From Adineta vaga (taxonomy: Eukaryota; Animalia; Rotifera), in assembly GCA_021613535.1 (NCBI GenBank), contig CP075495.1, positions 1-64,000 on the forward strand: a stretch of DNA of 64,000 bases. Reading direction: 5' to 3'. The notes under the pieces are model-generated. The model made no database searches. It was given only the letters and a program-made list of their open reading frames with translations, and was not told the DNA's origin. Shown here piece after piece: positions 53,097 through 64,000 of the stretch. Position 1 is the first letter of the stretch. Each line of letters begins with the position of its first letter. Made by a program: the position numbers and the translations under genes.

Positions 53097-53729
53097 TAGA
53101 GATGTTACTTTATCTTTACTTTATGAATAAAAGTAAAGATCGACTTTATTTTAATTTTATAAAGAATAAAGATAAAGAAATAAAGAAAATCTTTATTCTT
53201 TATAAAATAATGGTAAAGATAATCTTTATCTGTACAAAATAAAGTTAACGAGAACCATTATCTTTATTTTATAAAGAAAAAAGATAATATTTGTTTTAAA
53301 AATAAAAATAAAGGAATAAAAAATAAAGGGTGAGTGTGCTTTATTATTTATTATAAAGTAAAACAAAAAGGAAAAAAATCCTTTATTTCTCAGAAATCTC
53401 AAATTAAATCTTTTTAGATAGTATAAGAAAAAAAAACTAAGAAGCCAGATAAGAAAACAATTTTCATAATAAGATTTTTTCGGTAAATGTTTTATGACTC
53501 ACGGTCTTTCGCTAGTATTATCTTATATAGAAATATCACTAATGATAAGAAAGAGCTATGGTCAATATTTCGTATTGTTATATAAGTTATTTATCTATTT
53601 ATGGAGTAGTAAAAAAAAGATTTCTTTATTCTTTATTTTAACTTTACTTTGTAAAGAATCAAGATGAAGAAATAAAAATTATCCTTATTATTTATTACAA
53701 AGTAAAAATAAAATAAAGTAACATCTCTA
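53097..53729. mobile_element. hAT-like MITE
   Basis: TIR TAGAGATGTTACTTTAT / ATAAAGTAACATCTCTA; ATAAA/TTTAT subterminal repeats; TSD not conserved. Confidence 0.7.
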
Positions 53730-53803
53730 ATAATTATCAATATGTTCCGATAAATTTGTGTATATTTTACATTGAAATGAAATAAAACTAACGAGTACAT
53801 ATG

Positions 53804-55014
53804 CAGGGCTGCCAAACCTCCTGATTTGATCAGGAGTCTCCTGGTTTTTTACCTTTTCTCCTGATTGAAAATCTCCTAAAATCAGGAGCTGATTTTCATC
53901 ATTTTCTCCTGATTTTTGCATTTCCTTATGTTAGTCGAGATTTACAGACACCTTCTCGTTTATACCAATTTGGTGGAGAAAACGAGAAAATTATCAGAAT
54001 TCAATAGATTTTTATCAATTATTTCTGTGTCTAATGCTTTTTCTAAATCAGTTTTTAGATGCATGATGTTTTTTTTTTGACAACAATCAGAAACAAGATG
54101 ACACATGATTTTGCTCAAGTAGAATTCCAAACTATATGAACACCCATTTGACATCTATAGTTTTATGTTTGCGTTTACTAAATCGAATATACTGAGAGAA
54201 ATTCGATCATCAGAGAAATATAGTCTCATTGAAAAAAGACACCAATTTAATAGTAATTACTTAATTACATACTTTCTGCTTTATGTTTTGTTCTATATTA
54301 ATCGAGCAGTTAATATTCATTTTCCAATAATTATTCATAGAATAAATACAGAAATAAATTTTGTGAAATGAGCATTTCTTTCAGTTTCCTTTAGTTATAT
54401 GGACTTCTTGTATAGTTACTTCGTAATGGAAGAGTGACACGTCTATAAAGGTATAGGCATACGATAAGACGAAAGTTAAATATTATTCTGATTCTTAAAG
54501 AAAAGAATTTTTGCAAGAATAAATTATTTACTTGTTTAGTGATCGCATTTCACTAATTGATCGGATGATAAATAAAAACAAAAGAAACCATTTAACCTAA
54601 TACTTGACTAAAGGGTAACAGAAGATAGGAAATCTGAATTTGACAATAGTTTCAAAAGAACAGGTCCTATTGTTTTGGATAAAAAAACATCTTTCCTTCT
54701 ACGCAAAAATAATGATTTTTGATAAGGAATCACTGACGAATAGTTGGAGTCGTCGAGTTCGAATATAAGGTCAATTTTTTGCAAACTAGATGAATAAAAA
54801 GTTCAATAACAGTGAAGTATATAGATTCTACCAGCAACACTTGATCAAGTTTCTAGACGAGCGTAACTTGTACAGTAAAAATAATATAAACGTTCTTGAA
54901 TCTTTCAAGAAAACCTCCTGATTTTTCCCTGATTTCTAAGAAAACTTCTCCAGATAAACTCCTGATTTTTTTTCAAAAATCCCTGATTTCTAAAATTCAC
55001 ATTTCGCAAGCCTG
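53804..55014 (-). mobile_element. Decayed hAT-like element
   Basis: Imperfect TIR CAGGGCTGCCAA / TTCGCAAGCCTG; CTCCTGA subterminal repeats at both ends; faint hAT C-terminal-like remnant on the minus strand ~54120-54240; no TSD. Confidence 0.55.
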
Positions 55015-55162
55015 GACACCACTAACCGCAAGCAACTTACAAACAGGACCGACTTACCCTTGCATCTCGCAATTATTCTACGAAAGATATTCGATCCCAC
55101 AAACTAAATCACCCTGAATCCAACCGCACCCTCCACACACCCTCCAATCATGAATAATTTGA

Positions 55163-55212
55163 CACACCCACACCCTCACGAAGACCCCGCCTCACCCTCA
55201 CCCACACCCTCA
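55163..55212 (-). repeat. Interstitial telomere-like hexamers (TGTGGG/TGAGGG)
   Basis: CCCACA-CCCTCA and CCTCA-CCCTCA-CCCACA-CCCTCA in a C-rich patch. Confidence 0.5.
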
Positions 55213-55215
55213 TCA

Positions 55216-55542
55216 TTGAATAATTGAATAATTGAATAATTGAAAAGTTCAACTATTCAACTATAATACTTGAATAATTGAATACTTGAAAAGTTCAACT
55301 ATTCAACTATAATACTTGAATAATTGAATACTTGAAAAGTTCAACTATTCAACTATAATACTTGAATAATTGAATAATTGAAAAGTTCAACTATTCAACT
55401 ATAATACTTGAATAATTGAATAATTGAAAAGTTCAACTATTCAACTATAATACTTGAATAGTTGAAGTGAATAGTTGAATAGTTGAAGTGAATAGTTGAA
55501 TAGTTGAAGTGAATAGTTGAATAGTTGAATTCAACTTTCGAG
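55216..55542. repeat. Tandem array: 46-bp unit x5 built from TTGAATAA/TTCAACTA 8-mers, then 21-bp units
   Basis: TTGAAAAG recurs at 55240, 55286, 55332, 55378, 55424; followed by GAATAGTTGAATAGTTGAAGT repeats. Confidence 0.92.
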
Positions 55543-55552
55543 TATTACATAT

Positions 55553-58500
55553 ATGGAAACACAAGAACAACTAGAAATTCGTCTTCAAAAAGAAAGAGAA
55601 CGAATTCAAATTAATAGAATGAACGAAACAGAAGAACAGCAGAAAATGCGACTCGAGAAGATGAGTGAAAGAAATCAATCGAGGCGAACAAACGAATCAG
55701 AAAAGCAACGCCAACTTCTACTTGAACAACAAAAGAAACGAAGTCAAGCAAATAGAGCTGAAAAGAAACATGAAACTGTTGGTGGCGGACAAGACTCTGT
55801 CCGCTCATCTTGGCCTGAGCTAATTTCTCGTGATTTAAAAGAAACTCGTTTGCAGCAATTTTTAGAACAGATGTCTATGTCAAAATTAGCTGAAGCTACC
55901 TGTGCAGTTTGTAATATTCGCACTCCAGCAAAAGATTCGAAGTAAATACCAATCTAAAAAATTCCTAATATGAATTTGCTAAAAGTTTCTGAAGATCTGA
56001 AAAATTTAATCAAGAACATAATGGAGAATGCTGTCACTCGCATTGATGATAGTAATACACATACGACATCATTTTTTAAAAGTATGTAGAATTAATTTAG
56101 TTCAAAAAATTTACAGATCTGTTTCCTTTTAGATCAGTCAAATTTTGATTCGTCATCTTTCTGCTGTGAAAATGATATTCTCTTCTACAAAAGTGGCTTA
56201 TTTCAAACCAACAGGGTGAAAATGTGTATCCTCTGTCAAAAATGCCATACTTCTTTTTCAAAAGAAAAAATACCGAAGTTTTCAGCTGCTAATAATATGT
56301 GGCTAGGTGATATACCTAAGGAATTACAAGGACTGACGATTCCAGAAGAAAAATTAATATCTCTCTATCGTCACAATAGCTGTATAATAAAGCTTCAATC
56401 ACCTTTTCACTCAACTACAACTGCTCAAACAGCATTAAAGGGAAATTGTATTACGTTTCTTCAAAATGTACCAAATATCGTCACTAGTTTACCACTTAAA
56501 GTAATCTTTATTGGAGCTCGACCACCTGATCGTCTTCATCTTAGAAAAGTACTAACCGTTCGTAAGAAAAAAATTATTGAAACGTTACAATGGTTGAAAA
56601 AATAAAACATACTTTATCAAGACATCAACATAAATCTGAACAATATTGCTCAATTACCAGAAGATGATGTACCAGAATGCATCATGTCAGCTTTAGAACA
56701 AAAGATAGATGATGAAGACGGTCAATCTGAAAGAACTGGATATGTTCCTGATCCATTAATGAATCCACAAGAACGCACCACTGCAGATGTCATACTTATC
56801 AGTAACAGGTAAGAGGAATTAACAAATCAATGAATTCATATAGTTTCTCTATTTTAGTGGTGTTCTTGATGTTAATGGCTCATCAGTATCATCAGATGAG
56901 ATTACTATTTACTTTTTACAGAAAATAAAAACAAATGATCAAGCAGTTACTGAAAATGTTTACCTAATTCCACATTCATCAAAACCTGTCAATGAATATT
57001 TCAATCCAAAATTTTTAACTGGCTTATATCCAACTTTATTCTGCTATGGACGTGGTGCACCTGAAGATCAATCACGTCCAATTGAAATTAAATTTAAAGA
57101 ACACATACGTTATCGATTATCTTATAATGATCGTCGCTTTGAAACAAATCATAGTTTCATATTTGTAGTCTTCAACTTATTGCAACGACGTGATGCTTGT
57201 TTTCATGCTCAATTAATCGCAACAAAACCATATTTTCAAGCATCAGCTAATGAAATTCAATCAATCAAAAGCAAAGATATTGAAGCGGCTCTTGACAACA
57301 ATACAAAAAGAACATATAGTACAGAAGCAAACAGTGCATTAAATAAACTTTTACAACATATTAAAACTGTTGGTGGTCGAGTTATGGGATCAGCATATTC
57401 TAGAACGGCCTTACGTACTCGTATACATGCACTTATTTTTAATCAAGGTTTACCGAGTATATTTCTTACCATAAATCCAGCCGACATTCATAGTCCTGTA
57501 GCATTATATTTTGCTGGTGTTCAACTCAATCTTGATCAAATTAAAGATGAACAGCTTATGGATACTTATCGAAGAGCCGAAATCATAGCATCTCATCCGG
57601 TTGCTACTGCCAAATTTTTCCACTTATTGATTACCAATATCTTAGATACTATGATAATGGGTGGAGTTCTTGGACCAATAAAGGCTTATTTTGGTACAGT
57701 CGAAAGTCAAGGCCGAGGTTCACTTCACTTACATCTTCTTATTTGGCTTGATCATGATATGAAACCAGCTGATATGAAAGAAAAAATCCAAGATGCTACT
57801 TTTCGTACTAAGCTAATAGCATATTTAGAAGATATCATCAAAGAAGATTTAGATGATTTCAAAGAAAAACAAATCACCGAATCTTCTAACGGTATGAAAT
57901 ATATTTATTTTATTCAAACATTCATCTTTCTTTTTTTATAATAGAACCACCATCAACACAAAACAATATTTATGCTGCCTTACGTACTATTGATTTGACA
58001 GACAGTGCAAAAAATACACATCCGTCGCCTCTCTTTTCAACGCCAACTAAACAGCATTTACTTTCTCAATCGATTCCATCTCGATCACCATCAATTCCAT
58101 ATAGATCTCCAGTATCATCAAGTCCATTGGCACAAGCACCAACACATGGTCGATCTACACTTGGTACGTTACAATAATATTTTATAAAAATAAAATATTT
58201 ATAAGTATTTTCAGATATGAATGTGTCATCTAATCAATCAAAATTTACCACCAGCTTGCTTACCCACTCCAAATCCATCGTCGCCTAATTTTCGATCAAA
58301 ATTTTGTGCACATGTAGCACAAGTTGCTGAATCTAGCAATACCGATAGGCACTGTGATACATGTTTTAAATACTGCAAGGGTGGTAAGAGGATTTGTCGA
58401 TCGATTATGCCACGAAAAAAGGTGCCAGTATCAACAATTGATCCAGAAATTGGTGGTATTTCGATGAAACGATCGGATCCATGGATGAATAATTTCAATG

Positions 58501-61500
58501 ACTATATTATCTCAGCTTGTCGATCCAATATGGATATTAAATTTATTTGGACTGGAAATGATACCAAAGCTTTAGTCTATTATATTACCGATTATGTCAC
58601 AAAAATGAGTCTCTCATTTCATGATACATTTTCTCTTGTTCAAAAAAGTATTACATCATTACAAAATCCAAACAACCCAACCGACACGGAAAATGTGATT
58701 GAAAAATCACGTAAACTCGTTTTACGTTGTTATAATGCACTTGCTTCACAACAAGAATTATCTGGTGTGCAAGTTGCTTCTTATCTCATGAATTGGGACG
58801 ACCATTATACAACACATAAGTTTCAAGGTCTTTATTTGATTCAAATCGAACGATTTTTACAAAGTGAATTAAATGAAATGCGTGCTAAACAAAATCTTCA
58901 ATCAACATCGCAGGGTAAGTCTAATTAATTCCTTTTATATGTTTATTATTTCATTGACTCTCATACAGTGACAATCTTTTTTTTTCTATATGTTAGGCGT
59001 GAGAGACGCATAGAGAGAGAAGGAGAAAAAGAAAGAAAGAAAGAAAAAGAGATAGCGATAGGCTCAAATTGAACATAAGGAAAGTTGACCTATAACAATT
59101 GATTAGCCGCACACGCATATGTTAAGACAGAAAGGAAAGAGGAATGATAGGAAGAAGGATAACGTTCAATATACAAACAATCAATCTGTGAAAAATTAAA
59201 GGAAAAAGAAAAGGAAACAAGCAGCTTAATACATCTTTGAAGCGAAGTCATCAATAAGTCATGTTTGATGAGAAGGTGTTAATGTGATCTCAGTACTGTT
59301 TCTATAGATAAATATCGAAAAGCAAGTTGAATTATACGAAGATGATTACTTATAGATATATGAAATGATGAAGCAATTCATTTGTGATAATTAAAAAATG
59401 TATGTTTTTTTCACATATAGATGTAATTGACGATGAAGATGTGTTTGATGATGAAGCAATTAACGATGAAAACAACGATGAAGAACATTTTCAAGTTCAA
59501 CAGGCGGAAGATAAAAGCAACTTTATTCTTGTTAATACACGCATTGATTATCAATATCGTTCAGACAAACTCAATAACACGTGTTTATATGATTTTGTCA
59601 GTACATTTTATAAGAAAAAAATTAATGAAACAGATTTAAGATATTTATCAAAATCTTCTACAGCACAAGAACGACAAGATAATCAAAGAGGTCGACCATC
59701 TAATGAACGATTTTCTTTGCAAAACGAACATCCTCAAACAACAACACACCTACTCATGAAATATAGTGAAGTTCATGTGCCCGTTCTGTATGGCCCTCAA
59801 ATTCCTCGACAAGATCGTGATGATACTCGAGAACGATACAACCGTGCACTTCTCACACTTTTTGTACCATGGCGTAATGTAGCCGATCTTTGTGACACCA
59901 ATCAAACATGGGAAGATGCATTCGAATCTCGAAAAAATCTTATTTCTGCTCATTCATGGAAGATTATAGAAAATATTCAACTTTTACATGAATGTAAAAA
60001 AGATCGTGATGAACATCTCCTTCAAGTTATTGCCGAAGCACAAGTCGATAATGATTCGATTGAACCTACATTTATACCATCAAATCAAGGTACTCATGGT
60101 GAATACGAAGTAGATGATATCGACGATTTGATTCAACTAATAGGCAGTGTAGATGAATTTACAGCTGCTGCAATTAATGTCACAAAAAAATCAACAGAAA
60201 ATGTCTATATTCGAGAGACTGTTGAAGCTGTCGAAAAGGTTGGACGTTTCAATCGCATGAATCGTAAGTGTTAATTGTTTTATGAATTATATCATTCAGA
60301 CAAAAATATAAATTGTTTTAGAGCAAGATCAACATGTTTCAAATACGGGTATTGATCGACAAATTGTACCGTTTATTTCTGCAACGTCTAATCTAATAAA
60401 ACTTAATTCAAAATGGCAAGATCAATTGAAGATTGAAAAAGAACGAATTAGACGCAGTTTGATTTCGGGCAAAGATAACAATGATGATGATATATTGAAT
60501 TTTGATGATGTGACCAACGCCGTTGTAACGGTAGTCAATCCATATAACAATCAAACTAATTTCGAAAAAATACATCAATTCCTCCAGTACTTGTAGTTAA
60601 AAACAATTGCTCAACTCAAAGTAGCATCATTGATGAATTTACATTGAACAAAGAACAAAAAGCTGCATTCTTGATAATAACAAGTCATCTCGATGGTGAT
60701 AGTCGATGTCGCACAGGTATTTCCATGAGATAAATCATTACTTCTTTGATTCAATAATCTATTTTAGGTGACAATAATGGTCAACTCATTATGTGTGTAC
60801 CTGGTTGCGGTGGAACGGGCAAATCACAATTGATTCGTGCTCTTACAAAATATTTTCTTGTTACAAAAAGAATGCAAATGATGCGAAAACTTGCACCTAC
60901 TGGAATTGCAGCTGCTGAAATTGATGGCATGACAATTCATTCATTTCTAGGCGAACAACGTAATTCACGAAAGCCACGTACCATCAAACCAGGTGATTCC
61001 AAACTTGAAAACGAATGGAGACCTGTTGAATACCTTTTAATTGACGAAATGAGTATGGTTGGCTTAATTGTATTAGGAAAACTCAATAGAATCATTTGTT
61101 CTGCCAAACATGTCGATCCTCAAGTTCCATTTGGTGGTGTGAATGTTATCTTCTTTGGTGATTATTTACAATATCGACCAGTCTATGATTCACCATTGCA
61201 TACTGATTTTTCATTACCATCAAAAAAGAAACAAGGAAAGATACCATCTGAAAAAGAAATTCAACAACGTGTATCACGTTCTCTAATTCTTCAAATGAAT
61301 TGTGTGGTCAAACTTACACAACAGATGCGAACAGAAGATGTACGATATCTTCAATTACTCGATCGGCTTCGTCATGGTGAATGTAATTATGACGATTACG
61401 AATTATTGCAAACACGAGTTGTCGGACAACCATCAATAGAATCTCTACACGATTCACCATGGAATAAAGTAAATCAACTTTTTCATATAAAGGAAGAACT

Positions 61501-62360
61501 ATTTTAATCTGTTTTTTTAGGCTCCTATTCTCGTGTTTCGAAATGAAGTTCGCACACAATTAAACAACAAAGCTGCAATTCACAATGCAACACAGATGGG
61601 TCATCCACCGATGGTATGTGTCGCTCAAGACACATGTAAAGGCAAAGCAATCGAAGATCCAATATTGCTTAAGAAATTATTAGAACTGTCTGACAGCAAG
61701 ACAGAGCATTTACCTGGTTTACTGCCTTTTGTACCAGGAATGCCTGTCATTTTAACACAAAATATTGCTACTGAACTAGGTCTTATCAATGGTATTAATG
61801 GAATTTTTCGGCAATTAGTATATCATGAAGATTCGGTATCAACAGAAAATTTATCGGAAACATTTCCAAATAACACACAATATATTCGTCGACCGATATA
61901 TGCTTTAATTGAGATTGTTAAATCGAAGATTGAATGCAAACTTCAAGATCTTCAACCAAAACTTATACCAATTCCACTTATAGAACAAACATTTCAGGTT
62001 GACGTTGCTGATCTTATTCCAAAAGATAAGAAACCAAAATCAAATCAAAAGACAGTTTTATCAATTAAACGATCTGCATTACCACTTGTACCTGCTTATT
62101 GTATTACAACACATAAAAGTCAAGGTCAAACATTGAGCAAAGTGGTTATCGATTTAAAATTACCAAATGAAACGTATGATATTGCAGCAGTGTACGTGCC
62201 ATTATCTCGTGTAAAACGTTTAGCCGATCTAGCTATTCTACGACCATTTGATTATAAAGTTTTGCTGATGAAACCATCTAAATCTCAAATTACCGAAATG
62301 GAAAGACTGGATAAACTGTTTTTGAAAACACGATCACGTTTTCCGGAATGGTTTCAATAA
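55553..62360 (+). pseudogene. Helitron Rep-Hel polyprotein, copy 2 (probably 5'-truncated)
   Basis: GLPSIFLTINPAD, VESQGRGSLHLHLLIW, YYITDYVTK, GCGGTGKS, DEMSMV, THKSQGQTL, YVPLSRV; premature stops at 55943 and 56603; colinear with copy 1 with largely shared intron positions. Confidence 0.93.
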
Positions 62361-62785
62361 ATCATACATTTAATAAGACAGCTCTTACTGATTTTATCAA
62401 TTTTTACAATAGACAATTTGCATTTTCCATAAATTTCATTATCTTTCATTAAATTATGGAATTTCCACATTTTAATATTCTTTAAGATAAGATGGTCTTA
62501 CTGGCAGATTATGTTGTGCATATTTACACAGATAATGATTTTTTTCTGTTCATTTTTCTTTGTTTCAATCACATATAAAATAAATTTTTGTTATACAGTT
62601 GATTACGGAAGTCGCAGAACAAATGTTTTCAACTGTAATTTGAATTAGAAATCTTTTTTTGAAATACCGACGAGATAACTTTGAAGATTATAAGCTAAAA
62701 AAGCACTGTGACGAGTACATAACAGTTGAATACAAATTATTATGAATGATTTCAGCAAGAGAAAAAGTTTACTGTTAGTCATTTA

Positions 62786-62825
62786 GTCGAGGGTTAAGCG
62801 AGTCTGCCTCGACGAGCGTTACTAG
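62786..62825 (+). terminator. Helitron 2 3' terminus (hairpin + CTAG|T)
   Basis: GTCGAGG...CCTCGAC stem, or alternatively GC-GA-GTC-tgcctc-GAC-GA-GC, then gtta-CTAG|T, 465 bp after the PIF1 stop. Confidence 0.85.
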
Positions 62826-63500
62826 TTATTAACCCATTCCTATTCTTTGTTTACTGTTAGCAATAGTTATTGTTTTTCTCTCATATTACTGACCGGTGAT
62901 TTTTCAAAATCTTTTTCTATTTTTAATTTAATAGTATTTTCTTCTTCATAGCTTTCGTATTTTTAATTTATATAGTCGACTAAAAACTGTTATGTTCAAT
63001 AGATTAATAGCCATAGTTTGATAACTAACTGAAGTGAAGCTTTTTAATTCTACTGCTTTCCTTTGAAAATCTCCCCTATCACATCAGTGACATACATTAC
63101 ATTCCAAATGAATACACATTATAGACAATATCGCTTGATTACGCTCTTACTGTTTCAGAAACAAAACAGTAGTATCTAGTATTTCCTTCTAGATTTGCAG
63201 ATATATAGTCATCTTTCTAGTAATAATTCTATGAGTCTGAGCAATATTTAATACTTTTCACTAAAAGCGTTCGCACGTATGAAATTTTCTTTCCGATAAT
63301 AGATCAGCATTTAAGTGTTTGTAAGAACTGCCGACCATATCGCTATGACTTATGTCATCTCGCTACTTCACTCACTCGCTATATCGCTACCTCGTTACAT
63401 CATTACATCATTACCTCGCTACCCCAACAGAGAAATGTTTAAAATGAAACGCGTTTTTACGCGTCATTTTTAAGTGCTTCTCTGCCCGCGTAGTGTCAAA

Positions 63501-63552
63501 CTCAAAAGTTGAATTCAATTATTCAATTATTCACTTCAATTATTCAACTATT
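63501..63552. repeat. Inverted, diverged copy of 55491-55542
   Basis: Reverse complement AATAGTTGAATAATTGAAGTGAATAATTGAATAATTGAATTCAACTTTTGAG matches the end of the 55.5-kb array with a few substitutions. Confidence 0.8.
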
Positions 63553-64000
63553 ATAAGGTGCAGGAAATGCAAAATTATAGTGGATTTTTTTCCTTGTTTG
63601 TTTATATATGGGTTCATAGAGAATGAAACGCTGATCACGAATATATATAAATTGTTTCGATCTGATCGCTGTTTGACTGAGAAAAACGCTAAATACCTTC
63701 AATGACTAAAAATGTCATATATCTTGCTTCCTTTACAGAAACTGTTCAACTATGAGAACAATTATCACGTTAAATATTTTTAAATATCATATTCTGAATC
63801 AGCATGAAAAACTGAATCAGAGAATGCTATTTGATCAGATTCAAAACCAAAACAATTTTAAAAATTCTGTGTAACATTCAGACCCTCATATGCGAAAAAA
63901 GTACATATCCGTGACAAATCGTATAAGTCTATCTAGTTCTTTCTTTTAAGAGATAGAATCAACTGTCATATCTCATTCGAACCATCAGAACGTGGGCTAC

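Noticed and set aside
55216-55542. Regular 46-bp repeats as a CRISPR array
   Set aside because: Units are contiguous with no unique spacers, no cas genes, eukaryotic context
58991-59097. Possible solo LTR (TGTTA...TAACA) in the large Helitron 2 intron
   Set aside because: Flanks CTATA and ATTGA do not form a TSD
28596-61559. Antisense ORFs overlapping the F-box, Rep-Hel, KDZ and F genes
   Set aside because: Shadow ORFs on the opposite strand of well-supported coding regions
63340-63425. Degenerate TCGCTA/TCATTA short tandem repeat
   Set aside because: Short low-complexity tract with no boundaries or structure

Overview
AT-rich eukaryotic DNA with many short GT-AG introns. Gene content and telomere-like hexamers suggest a bdelloid rotifer (inference). 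The window is almost entirely nested mobile DNA: a complete non-autonomous LTR element, two KDZ (Kyakuja-Dileera-Zisupton)-type transposase genes, a full-length Sola2-type transposon, a maT/Tc1-mariner copy with a catalytic deletion, several MITEs (hAT, piggyBac, PIF-like), a truncated geminivirus/CRESS-like Rep gene, a DUF3987/YfjI ATPase pseudogene and two Helitron Rep-Hel genes. Main finding: the first Helitron appears to carry an intronless class I viral fusion (env/F-like) glycoprotein gene. It lies between the PIF1 helicase and a 3' terminator at 40674-40700 that matches the second Helitron's terminus with a compensatory stem change. A string of co-oriented possible cargo genes (RRM-like, nucleotidyltransferase-like, F-box/LRR) precedes the Rep-Hel gene. 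A second, homologous F-like gene lies beside the DUF3987 + KDZ module. Most copies are decayed. All family assignments come from motif recognition by eye, not database searches. No rRNA, tRNA or CRISPR array was recognised.
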